Shown here piece by piece: positions 16,313-26,805 of a stretch of 64,000 nucleotides of DNA (the stretch's first letter is position 1; each line of letters begins with the position of its first letter). The notes under the pieces are model-generated. The model saw nothing but the letters and a program-made list of their open reading frames with translations, ran no database searches and was not told where the DNA came from. The position numbers and the translations under genes were made by a program. The stretch comes from an uncultured Myxococcales bacterium (GTDB taxonomy: Bacteria > Myxococcota_A > UBA9042 > UBA3505): NCBI GenBank assembly GCA_964594295.1, contig CAZQPP010000001.1, positions 5,039-69,038 of the forward strand. Direction: 5' to 3'.

Positions 16313-18181
16313 TCAGATCCTCTGCTTCGTCAACGCACGCTCGAGCAGCGCACCTATCTCGGACGCGAAACGATCCACGGGCACCTCGGCAATCGACTCG
16401 GGGTAGAACTCGCGAACGTGCTCCGTGTCCGGACCGAGCCCCACGCCGACGAGCTCGACGTCGCACGCGGCGTTGCGGAGCTCGGCGATGGCCTGCTCGA
16501 GGTCGTGCTCGTCGGAGTGTCTTCCTTCGGGGTAGCCGTCGCTGACCGAGATCAGGAGCCTGTCGGTGCAGGGGTAGTCGAGCAGCAGGGCGGCCGCCCT
16601 CCGGAGACAGGGGCCGTCGTCGTTGTAGGCGGGCTCGTTGTGGCCGTCGGGGCGCTCTCCGGCGACCTCGAGCGGCATCTCGCCGATGGCCCTTCGCGCT
16701 GAGGCGGTGAGGCCGTCACCGAAGTTGGCGAAGGGGATGATCTCATCTTGAAAGCCGATGACCGCGAACGGGATGCCGAGCTGGCTGAGGCACTCGACGA
16801 GGAGCACGCTTCCCTGCAGCGCTGCGGTGGCCTTGTCGCCACGCATCGAACCGCTCAGGTCGACGAGCAGCATGACCGCGGCGTCGCGTCGCTCGGGGAT
16901 CGAGGAGCGCATCCACAGGTCGTCGTAGCGACGCGGGTCTGCGTGGAAAGCCATCAGCAGCCGCAGGTCCACGCGCTGCCCGGTCGGGTAGCCGCCGACC
17001 GTTCGAAGGCGCTTGCGCGGCCGCAGCACCTCCTCGATGTGTCCGGCCAGGCGGTCGATCTGGCTGGCCACGGCTGCCCGCGCTCTCTCGTAGGAGGAGT
17101 CGTCGCTCCAACGCACCTGCAGCGGCTCAGACGATCCGGTGGGCCCGACGGGGCTTTGGCCCGCTTCGTCGGGTGAGCCGAGAAGCGGCGAGCGACCGTG
17201 CCCCGGCTGCCCCGGTGCTCCGCCCTGCTCGGCGACTGGAGAGGAGGTTCGGGAGCGCATGAGCACGTCGAGCAGCTCGTTCGCCACAGCCTCCACGGAG
17301 GGCCTGGGTGTGTGCTTGGCGCGCTCGGCGGTCGTGGCCTCCCCTACGATGCGCGCGGCTGCGCGGGCGTCGCTCCGGCGCACGGAATCTCGGGCCCGTT
17401 GCGCTCGCTCGGGATCTCCGGCGAGGTGCTGCGCCACGCGCTCGCGATCGGCCTGCAGCAGGCGCCGGGCCACCGGCAGCACCTCGTCGACGGCGACGCG
17501 CAGGGCCTCGGCCGCGGAGAGCCGCACGGCCTGCTCGACGCGCGGAGGTATCCAGCGGCTGGCCGCGGCCGTCAGCCAGGGCCAGACCTCCTCGCGGTAA
17601 CGCGTGCCGAGCTCCGTCCCCATGGCCGTGGGGTCGAGGCTGACGGGCGGAAGGGTGTTGGCATAACGAATGCGCGCTTCCCGGGTCTCGGACAGGGCCT
17701 CGATGACCGCGGGCGGGCTCGCCGCCGGGTCCGGATTCGGTCGCCAGCCGGTCCTGCCCTCGGCCGCACACTCCCCGCAGAAGCGAATGAAGTCGGGAAG
17801 CACGGCGTTGGCGTCGGGGTGCCCGTATACTTCTGCGGCGCTTCTCAGCCACGCGGCCGCTCCGGGATATCGACGGCGAATCCAGGTCTCCACGCGGGGG
17901 TCTTCGATGCTGTTGAGCGCCAGCGCCAGGGCCGCGGGCGAGTCGAAGTCGACCTCGAAGATGGTGTAGCGGGAGGTGAAGAAGTGGCCCACCTCGTGGG
18001 CGACGATGCCGGCGCAGAGGTCGGGGCCGTGCGCCGAGAGGTCGTCGCGGGCGACCATGAGCACGCGGCGCACGGGATCCCAGGCCCAGGTCTGTGGGTG
18101 GAGCTCGAGGCCGATGCCGGCGTCATGGCACAGCCCCGAAGCGAGCGCCGAGAGCGCCTCGAGCTTGGCCTCGAGGCTCAA
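16313..18181 (-). CDS. vWA-domain protein with an N-terminal HExxH metallopeptidase-like domain (DUF2201-like architecture)
   Basis: ORF-track 622 aa. HExxH in IVAHEVGHFF near the N-terminus. MIDAS motif in VMLLVDLSGSM near the C-terminus. 4-bp overlap with the upstream AAA+ gene. Confidence 0.8.
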   Translation of the reverse strand: MSLEAKLEALSALASGLCHDAGIGLELHPQTWAWDPVRRVLMVARDDLSAHGPDLCAGIVAHEVGHFFTSRYTIFEVDFDSPAALALALNSIEDPRVETWIRRRYPGAAAWLRSAAEVYGHPDANAVLPDFIRFCGECAAEGRTGWRPNPDPAASPPAVIEALSETREARIRYANTLPPVSLDPTAMGTELGTRYREEVWPWLTAAASRWIPPRVEQAVRLSAAEALRVAVDEVLPVARRLLQADRERVAQHLAGDPERAQRARDSVRRSDARAAARIVGEATTAERAKHTPRPSVEAVANELLDVLMRSRTSSPVAEQGGAPGQPGHGRSPLLGSPDEAGQSPVGPTGSSEPLQVRWSDDSSYERARAAVASQIDRLAGHIEEVLRPRKRLRTVGGYPTGQRVDLRLLMAFHADPRRYDDLWMRSSIPERRDAAVMLLVDLSGSMRGDKATAALQGSVLLVECLSQLGIPFAVIGFQDEIIPFANFGDGLTASARRAIGEMPLEVAGERPDGHNEPAYNDDGPCLRRAAALLLDYPCTDRLLISVSDGYPEGRHSDEHDLEQAIAELRNAACDVELVGVGLGPDTEHVREFYPESIAEVPVDRFASEIGALLERALTKQRI

Positions 18182-21150
18182 CGATCGCCGCCCTGGTCCC
18201 CGGAGTCCGGACCGCCGTCGCTGTCGCCGTCACCGCCGCTGCTCTCACCGGGCGCTCCGATGGACCACGTATTCGGCCCGATGCCGGCGGCGTCGAGGAG
18301 CCGCACCACCACGTTCCGATCCGCGGAGGTCGCCACCCGGCCCACGTAGTAGCGCAGCAGGGCGCGCCGGAAGGCGAGGATCTTCTGCGTTCCGTCCTCC
18401 CCGGCCAGGACGCTGCCGAGGAAGTCCATCACGCTCAGGAGCCCGCGCCGGGTGAAGACGTAACGTTCCTTGCGCCGCGCACCCAGCCGCGCCGTACCGT
18501 CCTCGCTGCGCACCGCCGCCTCGAGCCCCGCGTGGAAGCGGGCCAGCGCGGTGAGCAGCTCGGCGATGTGGTCTATCTCGGCCAGCGAGCCCAGGGCAGG
18601 CACGGTCGCGCTGCCGCCGGTGTATGCTCTCCCTCGCAGGGTGACCGGCGGCTGAGCGCCGTACACCAGGTACCTCAGCATCGCGAGATACCCGCGCTCA
18701 CCCGGAGGCGACACATAACGATAGCCGCGCCATCGATCCCGGTAGGCCGGGCTGAGCGTCGAGCGACCGGCGTACTCCGCGGGGTTCATCGTGGCGAAGA
18801 TCCGGAAGCTCGGGTGGACGGGCGTCTTCGAGCCTCCGATCACCTCGTTGCAGTGCTCGGTGACGACAAGGTAGGGGTCGCGCTCGAGGACCGAGTTCAG
18901 GCGCTCCAGGATCTGAGGCTCGGCCAGGTTGACCTCGTCGAGGATCACCCACCATCCATGGCGCATGGCCTGCACGACCAGCCCGTCGTGCCACCTCCAC
19001 GGGTGGCTGTGCATGCGCTCGTTGGCCATGATCTGCTGAACCTCGAGGGCGCTCAGGGCTCTGCTCTCCTCATCCGCGCGGGTCAGGATCAGCTTGGTCT
19101 CCGGCTCGAGCAGGTCGGAGGACTCCCTGAGATCATCGGGCCGGAAAGGCAGCTCCAAGGCGAGATCCTGCGGGACGAAGCGACCTATCAGCTCGCCGGT
19201 GTCGGTCTGGCCGTTGAGGTTCAGCCTCGCCACCGGCTGGTTCAACAACGAGGCCAGGTAGAGCACGCTGCTCGTCTTCGAGGTGCTGGTCTCGCCCTCG
19301 AGCAGGCAAGGCTCGCGCAGGAGCGCGCAGGTCGCGACGTGCGCCAGGGTCGCCGCCGTGTGCTCGTCGAGGCAGTAGTGCGCGAAGGCGCCGGGATCCG
19401 GCGCGCTCTCGTGGCGGGGGCCTGACAGCCGGCGCAGCGTCACGTCGCCCACCCGCAGCGACTCCGCCTCCACGTGCACGAAGGGGGTCGGCTCCCCCGG
19501 GTCCGAGTCGACCTCGCGCAGCCAGCTGTCCACGTCGAAGTCACCCGTGTTGTCGCCTTCCTCCTCGCTCCGGATCGCGGAGTCGTCCTGGCGCGGAAGG
19601 AACAACCAGATGTCGTTGTCGGAGTCCGGCCACGCCTTCTCCACGGGAATGTCGACACCGACGTGCTCGAGGACCAGCGCCTTGATCTCGCTTATCAGGT
19701 ACGACGGTGCGCCGCCGTAGCGGATCTCCCGATCGCGGGAGCCGGTTCGCTGCGAGACCGAGCCGAAGCCGTAGGAACGCAGCTCCTCACACAGCTCGGG
19801 CCAGTCCTCCGAGGAGTGCTTGTGAATTGACAGGTCGAACCTCGACGCCCGCGCGCGGAGCCTCTCCCGCAGCGAGCCGTCGTCGATCCCCTCGGTGGGG
19901 ATCTGCACCACGATCCGCTGTGGGCTGGAGTCGTCGCCCAGCTTCACCGTCTCCAGCGAGAAGCCCTCGGCGCCGATCTCCTCCATCGCCCGTCGCACGA
20001 CGGCCTCGAGTGGGCCGGCCACGGTGGGCTCGTCCGAGCTGCCGCTCCAGATGATCGAGAAGCCGCGAAGCTCGCCGGACAGCGGCGCGGTTTGCACGGA
20101 GGCGAAGCCCATGCCCTCGAGCTCCTCGACGAGCCCCGTGAGCTCGTCGGGCTTGTCGGTCTCGACAGTCACGGCGAAACGCTCCGGGTAGGGGCCGGCG
20201 TAGGGGCGTATCCTGCCTCCCTCGAGCGCACCCATGGGCATCAGGATGCGCGCGCTCATGGGGGCGGAGTTGTCCTTGTTCACGACCGGAAAGCGCGTCG
20301 AGTCCACGCCACGGTCGCTGAGGAAGCTCTTGAACAGGCTGCCGAGACGCGACCCGTCCACACCGGCGCTGTCCTCGTCGAGCTCGGCGAAAGGACCGGG
20401 CGAGAGCTCGAAGCGACAGGTCTCCATGGTCGAGGAGTCAAGCTCCCGCACGCTCAGGTTCGTGAAGCCTCCCGATCGCAGCCGGCCGCAGAGGGCCTCG
20501 GCAGCCTCCAGGTCGTCCGAGAGCACCTCGACCTCGAGGTACTCCCCGGGCTTCTTGGCCTCGTGCTCCGGATCCCTCAGGTACAACCAGATGTCGTCGT
20601 CACCGTCAGACCAGGCCTTTCGTTCCTCCAGCTCTATGCCGAGATCGTGAGCCAGCAGCCAGCGGATGGCGTGACGGACGAAGGGCGTGGCGCCGCCGTA
20701 CATGAGCTGGCTCTCCTCCTGGTATTCCAGCTCCGTACCTTCGTAGGTCAGGCCCAGGCTGGCCAGGGTCCTACGAGCCTCGGCGGCGACCTTCTTCGAG
20801 TCGACCTTGAGCGAGACGTCCCATTTCCCGCACGAGGTCGTGTCCCCGAGCCGCAGCTCCGCGTCGGCGCCCTCGAGCCCCGGGAGCGACTTCATCGGCG
20901 GGCTCAGCGGGCGCAGCGCGCGCATCAGCGCGTGCAGATCGGCGGCCCCGATCGAGTTGCTGTGGCAGAGCTCGTAGGTAGTGCTCGTGGCTGATCTGAT
21001 GTCGACCGACCAGCCCTCCTGCGCCTCCAGGACGGCGGCCAGGGGAAGAGTAATCTCTCCGATGTCGCTGACGATACGGATTCTCAAGGTTCGTTCATCC
21101 GGCCTGCGTGATTGAAAGCTACCCGAAGCGCTCAATGCTGCCTCAGACAC
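18178..21150 (-). CDS. AAA+ ATPase (AAA_5/MoxR-McrB-like) with a ~600-aa N-terminal region containing an internally duplicated module
   Basis: ORF-track 990 aa, GTG start. Degenerate Walker A LLEGETSTSKTS. Walker B WWVILDEVN. FATMNP sensor region. The N-terminal half carries two copies of ...GGA(P/T)...(E/V)(R/E)KAW(S/P)D(G/S)D(D/N)DIWL(Y/F)L. Confidence 0.75.
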   Translation of the reverse strand: MSEAALSASGSFQSRRPDERTLRIRIVSDIGEITLPLAAVLEAQEGWSVDIRSATSTTYELCHSNSIGAADLHALMRALRPLSPPMKSLPGLEGADAELRLGDTTSCGKWDVSLKVDSKKVAAEARRTLASLGLTYEGTELEYQEESQLMYGGATPFVRHAIRWLLAHDLGIELEERKAWSDGDDDIWLYLRDPEHEAKKPGEYLEVEVLSDDLEAAEALCGRLRSGGFTNLSVRELDSSTMETCRFELSPGPFAELDEDSAGVDGSRLGSLFKSFLSDRGVDSTRFPVVNKDNSAPMSARILMPMGALEGGRIRPYAGPYPERFAVTVETDKPDELTGLVEELEGMGFASVQTAPLSGELRGFSIIWSGSSDEPTVAGPLEAVVRRAMEEIGAEGFSLETVKLGDDSSPQRIVVQIPTEGIDDGSLRERLRARASRFDLSIHKHSSEDWPELCEELRSYGFGSVSQRTGSRDREIRYGGAPSYLISEIKALVLEHVGVDIPVEKAWPDSDNDIWLFLPRQDDSAIRSEEEGDNTGDFDVDSWLREVDSDPGEPTPFVHVEAESLRVGDVTLRRLSGPRHESAPDPGAFAHYCLDEHTAATLAHVATCALLREPCLLEGETSTSKTSSVLYLASLLNQPVARLNLNGQTDTGELIGRFVPQDLALELPFRPDDLRESSDLLEPETKLILTRADEESRALSALEVQQIMANERMHSHPWRWHDGLVVQAMRHGWWVILDEVNLAEPQILERLNSVLERDPYLVVTEHCNEVIGGSKTPVHPSFRIFATMNPAEYAGRSTLSPAYRDRWRGYRYVSPPGERGYLAMLRYLVYGAQPPVTLRGRAYTGGSATVPALGSLAEIDHIAELLTALARFHAGLEAAVRSEDGTARLGARRKERYVFTRRGLLSVMDFLGSVLAGEDGTQKILAFRRALLRYYVGRVATSADRNVVVRLLDAAGIGPNTWSIGAPGESSGGDGDSDGGPDSGDQGGDR

Positions 21151-21255
21151 GGCGTGACGTGCAAGGTGGCCACGCCGGACCCTGCTGGCAGCTCCTCACA
21201 CGGAGCGCACGTCGGAAGCGCTGCAGGACACCTGAGACCGGCCCAACGAGCCGAA

Positions 21256-23901
21256 TCAGCTCCAGGTGGCGGTGAAGACGACCGGAGAGCCTCCCTCGAA
21301 GAGGGCGTTGAGCACCTGGCCGGTCTCCTCGTCGGTCACCCCGGCCAGGATCGCCCCGGTCTCCTCGTCGACGAAGAGGACCTCGAGGTACACGGCGAGC
21401 CCTTCAAGCTCGGCTCGGGTGAGCTGCTTCTGGTCCCCGGTGAGGTCCTCGGTTCCGGTCACCGTGCTCAGGTAGACACGCCTGCCCAGGTGCTCGCGCG
21501 CGAGGCGCTCGTCCTTGCGGCGTGTGAGCGCGAGCAGGAGCAGGCGCAGGGCCTCGGTGACATCGTCCGCCGAGTAGTCCCAGTCGTCGGTGAGCCCGTA
21601 CTCTCGGGCGACCTCCCTCGGCTCGTCGGCCTGCATGACGATCAGGTTCGACCCCGAGAGCGGCGTGGAGCGATCACGCAACGCCTTGATGCACGCCTTT
21701 TTCACGTCGCTGTCAGTCTCGTCCGCGAGCATCTCCAGCAAGCGCGGCACGAACGCGGCGGAGCCGGAGCGGGCCATGGCGTTCACCGCTGCCCGGCGCA
21801 ACGCCCAGTCCGAGTCTCGAGACAGCTCGATGAGGATCGCCAGCGCCTCGCTCGAGTCGCCGGCTCCCGCGTCGATCAGGGCCTGCACCTTGGCTAGAGC
21901 GATGGGGCCGTCATCGTCGTGTGCGATGCGCGCGAGCAGGGCTTGGAGCTTGGGAGCCGGCATCCCGGCCCGGCCCGCCGCGGCCACGAGGCGCGAGCGG
22001 ATCACCTCGTTTCTCGACAGCACCAGCCAGTCGAGGTGCTCGATCTCGTCGAAGGCGAGGTCCCCGCTCAGCAACGCGGCGACCTCGGCCAGGAGCGGGT
22101 CCGTGGGTGCATCGAGCCGCGTCAACGCGCTCGCGGCCGCTCGCCGCGTTCTCTCGCTGCGGCTCTCCAAGAGGGAGGCGATCATCGGCTCCGCGCGGCT
22201 GCGCAGCTTGTGCGAGGACTCGAGAAGGAGCCCCGCGTAGCCCTCCGCGTCCCGCAGCGCGAAGAGCGTCGCCGCCTCGGAGTCGTCCTTGTCGAGCTCG
22301 AGGCCTCCTGGGTCACCAGCCAAGGCCAACCGGGCGTGGAAGCGACCGAGCTGCGTCAACGGTCCGCCAAGGCACTCGAGGTTCAATGCCACGAGCCTGG
22401 CCTCGCCGAGGTCATCGCAGGCGTCGAGCACCAGGTCCAGCGCCGCGCGGCACGCCGAGCCACCCACCAGCCCCGCGAGAACGCAGGCTCGCTCCCACGG
22501 CTCGAGCGCGTCGGTCATGCCGAAGTACACCTCCTTCTGCCGTATCTGCTTGGCAAGGCGTCCGGGATGCGCACGGTAGAAGCGCAGCTCCCGATCCGGA
22601 TCCCCGCTGTGGTGGAGCCGCGACTCCTCGATGTCGGGATCGTCGGTTGCGCCCAGGACCTCGAGGGCCCTTGGCAGCAGCGCCGTCACGGGGTCGTTGT
22701 GTCGGGCGACGGCGCGCACGTCCGGGTGCCTCGCCGCCCCGGCACCTTCTGCGCGAAGGACGCGCACGCAGCGTGCAACACGGGCCACGTCGTCGTCGTC
22801 GTCTTTGAGCAGCTCGTCGAGCTGCTCCTCGAAGGCGTCGAGCGTCAGGCACGCCATGGCGGCCCCTGTGCGAGCGTACCAGGAGGACGCGGAGAAGGTG
22901 CCTCCCAGCCAGGCCGGAGTGTTCTCGGCGAGCGTTGCCGCCGCCGCCACGGCGAGCACCTCGGTGTCCTCGTCCTCCCACTTCGCGAGGCGAGAGCCCA
23001 GCACCGGCGCCGCCCAGCGCTCGTCGGACCAGCAGAGGCGCAGCAGGATCTGCTGGATGACGTCGTCGTCGTCCGAGTCCAGCACCGCCCCGAGCAGGTC
23101 GGGATCGTGAAGGGAGATGATGATCTCGGCCAGCCTCGCGATGGCGGGTGCGCCGAGACACACCTCCTCGACGATCTTCTCAACGGGGCTCGAGATCTCC
23201 GCGCCCGCTCGCGCCGCTCGGAGCAGCAGCTCCGGGCACCCGCCGAGCACCTCGGGGTCCGACTCCGCGGTGACGAGCTCGAGGATCTCCTCATCGGTGA
23301 GCTTGTCCGCGGCGAGGTTCAAGACGGCGTAGGCGCTGCGGCGGACGTATTCGTCCTGGTGGCGTGCGTGGAGCCGCGCCACCTCGAGGGCTCGCTCGGA
23401 CCCTATCATCGCCAGCGCTTCCATGCTCGCCTTGAGCCTCCTCTCGGTGCCGAAGCCGCCTTCGTATCCACAGGCGGTGGCGACTTCGGCGAGCGGCCTC
23501 TCCAGCTCGTGCAGGCCGCAGTCACCCGCGAAACGAAGCACCTCGTAGCGAGGCTGCTCTCCCTCGATGTGCTGCCGCACAGCTTGAACCAGCGCCGATC
23601 GCTCGACGGGCGCCGCCAGGGCCCTAACCGAGCCGGAGAGGGTGTTCTCCGGGACGCCGGCGGCAGCCAGGACCGGCCGGACCTCCGAGTCGAGGCCTAC
23701 CTTGACCTCGAATACCTCGCACCAGCGCATGACCTGCTCGCGCTGGTAGACCCACAACGATGGGGCGGCTTCGGTGGCCTTCTTCTGCTCCGCCCTCCGG
23801 GAGAACTGCTCCAAGAGCGCCAGCTCCTCCTCGGTGAGCGTCGAGAAGCTACCCGCCTCGAGGGCCTTGGCGACGACCTGCCGTGCGTGGCGTTGTTTCA
23901 T
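21256..23901 (-). CDS. HEAT/PBS-lyase-type repeat protein (~882 aa)
   Basis: The ORF track extends to 25164, but the upstream 420 residues are Arg/Pro/Gly frame shadow over the neighbouring gene. ATG 23901-23899 (MKQRHARQVV...) overlaps the upstream stop TGA 23900-23898. Repeats such as RRAAVNAMARSGSAAFVPRLLEMLADETDSDVKKACIKALRD are HEAT-like. Confidence 0.7.
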   Translation of the reverse strand: MKQRHARQVVAKALEAGSFSTLTEEELALLEQFSRRAEQKKATEAAPSLWVYQREQVMRWCEVFEVKVGLDSEVRPVLAAAGVPENTLSGSVRALAAPVERSALVQAVRQHIEGEQPRYEVLRFAGDCGLHELERPLAEVATACGYEGGFGTERRLKASMEALAMIGSERALEVARLHARHQDEYVRRSAYAVLNLAADKLTDEEILELVTAESDPEVLGGCPELLLRAARAGAEISSPVEKIVEEVCLGAPAIARLAEIIISLHDPDLLGAVLDSDDDDVIQQILLRLCWSDERWAAPVLGSRLAKWEDEDTEVLAVAAAATLAENTPAWLGGTFSASSWYARTGAAMACLTLDAFEEQLDELLKDDDDDVARVARCVRVLRAEGAGAARHPDVRAVARHNDPVTALLPRALEVLGATDDPDIEESRLHHSGDPDRELRFYRAHPGRLAKQIRQKEVYFGMTDALEPWERACVLAGLVGGSACRAALDLVLDACDDLGEARLVALNLECLGGPLTQLGRFHARLALAGDPGGLELDKDDSEAATLFALRDAEGYAGLLLESSHKLRSRAEPMIASLLESRSERTRRAAASALTRLDAPTDPLLAEVAALLSGDLAFDEIEHLDWLVLSRNEVIRSRLVAAAGRAGMPAPKLQALLARIAHDDDGPIALAKVQALIDAGAGDSSEALAILIELSRDSDWALRRAAVNAMARSGSAAFVPRLLEMLADETDSDVKKACIKALRDRSTPLSGSNLIVMQADEPREVAREYGLTDDWDYSADDVTEALRLLLLALTRRKDERLAREHLGRRVYLSTVTGTEDLTGDQKQLTRAELEGLAVYLEVLFVDEETGAILAGVTDEETGQVLNALFEGGSPVVFTATWS

Positions 23902-25349
23902 GGGTAGTCCTCCGTCACAATGGTCAGGGTGTCGGTCGCGCAGGAGTTGAGCGGGCTCTCCACCTGCTCGCCGTCGTCGGCGACGAGGTATACGACGAAG
24001 AGGCGCTTGCCGCTCTGCCGGAGCAGGTTGACCGTGCCCGTGCTGACGGGCGCGTAGCCGTCGGTGAAGAGCACGCCGGCCTCGATGTCGTTGGACTGGA
24101 CCAGGTCCACGATGGGAGGATCGAAGTCGGTGCCCCCGCCCCCGCGAATGCGCCCCGCCGCCATCTCCTCCACGTCGACCTCTCGCACGCTGTCGTCGAA
24201 GGCGCGCACCCGCAGCGGCACGTCCCGGAGCTCGTCTATGAAGGCGGCGACGTACTTGTAGTTGCCGGCCATCGATCCGGAGACGTCTACGTAGAATGCC
24301 AGCGCCCGCTTGACACCGGTGTTGTGCACCTCGAGGTTCCAGTACAGGCGAAAGACGTCGCTCACGCCGGCCGCGAGGTAGGCCAGCCCCATGCGGCTCG
24401 GGTACCACGGGAAGGGCTGGACTCGGGAGCGGCGCTGGAAGGGCTCTCGGATCTTGGACGCGGTCTGCCGCACGACGCGGCGGAGGCGGATGCGCCGGAG
24501 GAACTCCTCGACCTTGGAGGTGCCGATGTCGACGAGGGAGACACAGTACTCGCCGAGCGCGCTCCCCGCGTCCGAGCTCCGCGGCAGGCGACCGCGCACG
24601 TCCTCGAGGACCTTGTCGATTGCCTTTGCCACGAGGGGCGGGGGTGTCCGCGGCATGCCGGGTGGATAGCGCGGGACATCGGGCGCGGAGTGGGGGGTGC
24701 CCCAGCCACCGTGCTCGCCGTCCTCGCCGTCCCCTCCGCCGCCCCCGCCCTGCAGCCTCAAGAGCTGGTAATAAAGGGCCGAGGGGTTCAGGCGGCTCAT
24801 GTCTCCGTCGACGCCCCGATCCCAGATCTGGTGCCACAGCGCGCGCTGCTCCGCCGGGAGCTTGGACGCCTCCGCCGCGCAGTTTGCGAGGTCGATGATC
24901 GTCCCGGCGGACTCCTCCTCGTAGACCTCCTTGCTGAGCTCCCGCATGCGCTCGGGCCAGGCCTCGAAGAGGAGCCGGTTGATGCAGACGTCCAGGGTGA
25001 CGTTCGCCAGCGAGTGGTTCGTGAAGCGCTCGCCGAAGCCGTGGAACATGGAGCGGTGCAGGAGCTCGTGGCGCAGGACCATCTCGATGTTGTCCACGCT
25101 CATGGCGCAGATTGCCGGACCCACGTGGATGGACTCGGCCCCCGTGCCGCGGTGGTGTCTCCACGACGCGCTCTCCTCCTCGGGATCGTACTCGACGAGG
25201 CCCGCGGCCTCCACGAAGGTGGCGCCGAGGCGCATGGCGGCCTGGCGCAGCTTCTGCTCCGCGACCAGGCGCTCCAGCGTCGGGGGCTCGCCGGCAGCCA
25301 CGTCAGCCGAGCTCCAGGGAGCCGAAGTAGCGCAGGATCGTCTCGTCAT
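23898..25349 (-). CDS. vWA-domain protein with an N-terminal HExxH metallopeptidase-like domain (DUF2201-like), partner of the MoxR ATPase
   Basis: ORF-track 483 aa. HELLH in VLRHELLHRSMFHGFGE. MIDAS in LAFYVDVSGSMAG. A poly-Gly/Asp linker lies between the two domains. The ATG at 25349 overlaps the MoxR gene by 47 bp; an alternative GTG at ~25300 would leave a 2-bp spacer. Confidence 0.8.
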   Translation of the reverse strand: MTRRSCATSAPWSSADVAAGEPPTLERLVAEQKLRQAAMRLGATFVEAAGLVEYDPEEESASWRHHRGTGAESIHVGPAICAMSVDNIEMVLRHELLHRSMFHGFGERFTNHSLANVTLDVCINRLLFEAWPERMRELSKEVYEEESAGTIIDLANCAAEASKLPAEQRALWHQIWDRGVDGDMSRLNPSALYYQLLRLQGGGGGGDGEDGEHGGWGTPHSAPDVPRYPPGMPRTPPPLVAKAIDKVLEDVRGRLPRSSDAGSALGEYCVSLVDIGTSKVEEFLRRIRLRRVVRQTASKIREPFQRRSRVQPFPWYPSRMGLAYLAAGVSDVFRLYWNLEVHNTGVKRALAFYVDVSGSMAGNYKYVAAFIDELRDVPLRVRAFDDSVREVDVEEMAAGRIRGGGGTDFDPPIVDLVQSNDIEAGVLFTDGYAPVSTGTVNLLRQSGKRLFVVYLVADDGEQVESPLNSCATDTLTIVTEDYP

Positions 25350-26736
25350 CTGCGGGCACGTCGCCCTCCCAGAGATCGATCAGCCATGCCTTCAACGCGT
25401 TCACGGCCGGCCGCTTGTCGGCGAGCAGGGTGCCGTCGGAGACCATGCCCTGGTAGCGCTTGATGTTCCGCAGCGCCCTGTCGTGGGTCTTGTCCTTGGG
25501 GCACTGGCTCACCACCTTGGCCAGCTTGGGAGCGGCGAAGTTGATGGCCTTGTGGAGCGTGCCCACGAGGTGGCCGTCTACCTGGCGCAGCGCGTCCCCC
25601 GTGTAGCCCAGCTCGTCGAGGAGGCGCCGGAGGTCCACGAGCTTCTCACGCTCCCCCTTTGCCGAGGCTCCCCTCAGGAGCTGGCCGACGACCTTCTCCA
25701 CCTCGTCGACGGCCAGCTCTTTTCGCATCGAGCCCCAGTGCCTCCGGACATATGCGACGCGCTCCTCGAAGGTCGTCAGCCCGCCCAGCTCGACGCGCAG
25801 CTTCTCGCTCGCCGCGAGCTCGCCCGTTCTCAGGAGCTTGGCGGCCGAGCGGTGCAGCCCGTCGAGCAGGGCGGGCTTGATCTGGAGCTTCGTAGCGATC
25901 CCGTATCTCAACGCCGGCACGGCGCCCCGCGAGAGCGCGTCGGCGCTCCCCTCGACCCGGTACCAGGCGGCGACGGCCATGATGAGCTCGGGCAGGTTGC
26001 GGGCATAGGTCCGCGGGCTCAGGTAGGGCCCGTTCTGCTCCTGCAGCACCCGCAACAGGCCCGGCACGAGGTGAGCCACGTAGCGCACCACGGCCTCCCG
26101 CGCGCCCTCCTCGACGAGCGCGGCGTGGGCCTGCTGGATCTCCACGAAGGCCCGCGCGATGCTGGCGTCCTCCACCCCGCTGTCGCCGCCGAGGGCGAGC
26201 TCGGCCATGGCCTGCACGTCGGCGCTGCTCACCCCTTCTTGCATCTCCGGCACGGGCATCACGGCGTAGAAACGATCGAGGAGCGCCTCGTCCAGCTGGA
26301 AGGCCGCCGCGTAGGACTCCGGGTTCGCGGTGGCCACCAGGGTCCGGTAGGAGAGCGGCAGGCCGAAGCAGGTGTGCTCCTCCAAGATCTCCAGCCACAG
26401 GTTCTGGCTCTCCTTGCCGGCGCGTGTGATCTCGTCGACCACGATGGTGTCCTTGTCCCAGATGCTGCGCTGGTGGTGCACGAAGGCCAGCCGACCGGCG
26501 CGGATAGCCTCGGGATCGGGGATGCCGGCGATGGAGACCAGGTCGTCCTTCGTCGCGTCGTAGAATACGAAGCCCTGCTGGCCGTATCCCCGGGAGAGCT
26601 CGCGCGCCAGCCGCGTCTTCCCCGTGCCGTGGCGGCCGATGAGCATGAAGCTCTTGTTCATGGCCATCAGGCCGACGATCACGGGCTCGATCTCGCGGTA
26701 GCCGTGGTTGATGCGATCCAGCAAACCGATTGACAT
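25303..26736 (-). CDS. MoxR-family AAA+ ATPase
   Basis: ORF-track 477 aa. Walker A MLIGRHGTGKTRLA. Walker B TIVVDEITRA. TLVATANP sensor-1 region. Confidence 0.85.
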   Translation of the reverse strand: MSIGLLDRINHGYREIEPVIVGLMAMNKSFMLIGRHGTGKTRLARELSRGYGQQGFVFYDATKDDLVSIAGIPDPEAIRAGRLAFVHHQRSIWDKDTIVVDEITRAGKESQNLWLEILEEHTCFGLPLSYRTLVATANPESYAAAFQLDEALLDRFYAVMPVPEMQEGVSSADVQAMAELALGGDSGVEDASIARAFVEIQQAHAALVEEGAREAVVRYVAHLVPGLLRVLQEQNGPYLSPRTYARNLPELIMAVAAWYRVEGSADALSRGAVPALRYGIATKLQIKPALLDGLHRSAAKLLRTGELAASEKLRVELGGLTTFEERVAYVRRHWGSMRKELAVDEVEKVVGQLLRGASAKGEREKLVDLRRLLDELGYTGDALRQVDGHLVGTLHKAINFAAPKLAKVVSQCPKDKTHDRALRNIKRYQGMVSDGTLLADKRPAVNALKAWLIDLWEGDVPADDETILRYFGSLELG

Positions 26737-26805
26737 GCCCTGCGTCCCTCGTTGCGACCCGGCGAGTCTGCCGCGCGAAGGGAGCGAAGTCCAACCGGGC
26801 CGCTG

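Noticed and set aside
23901-25164. 421-aa N-terminal extension of the HEAT ORF (ORF-track 21256..25164)
   Set aside because: Same reasoning: RPG-rich shadow over the vWA gene. ATG 23901 overlaps the upstream stop (ATGA).
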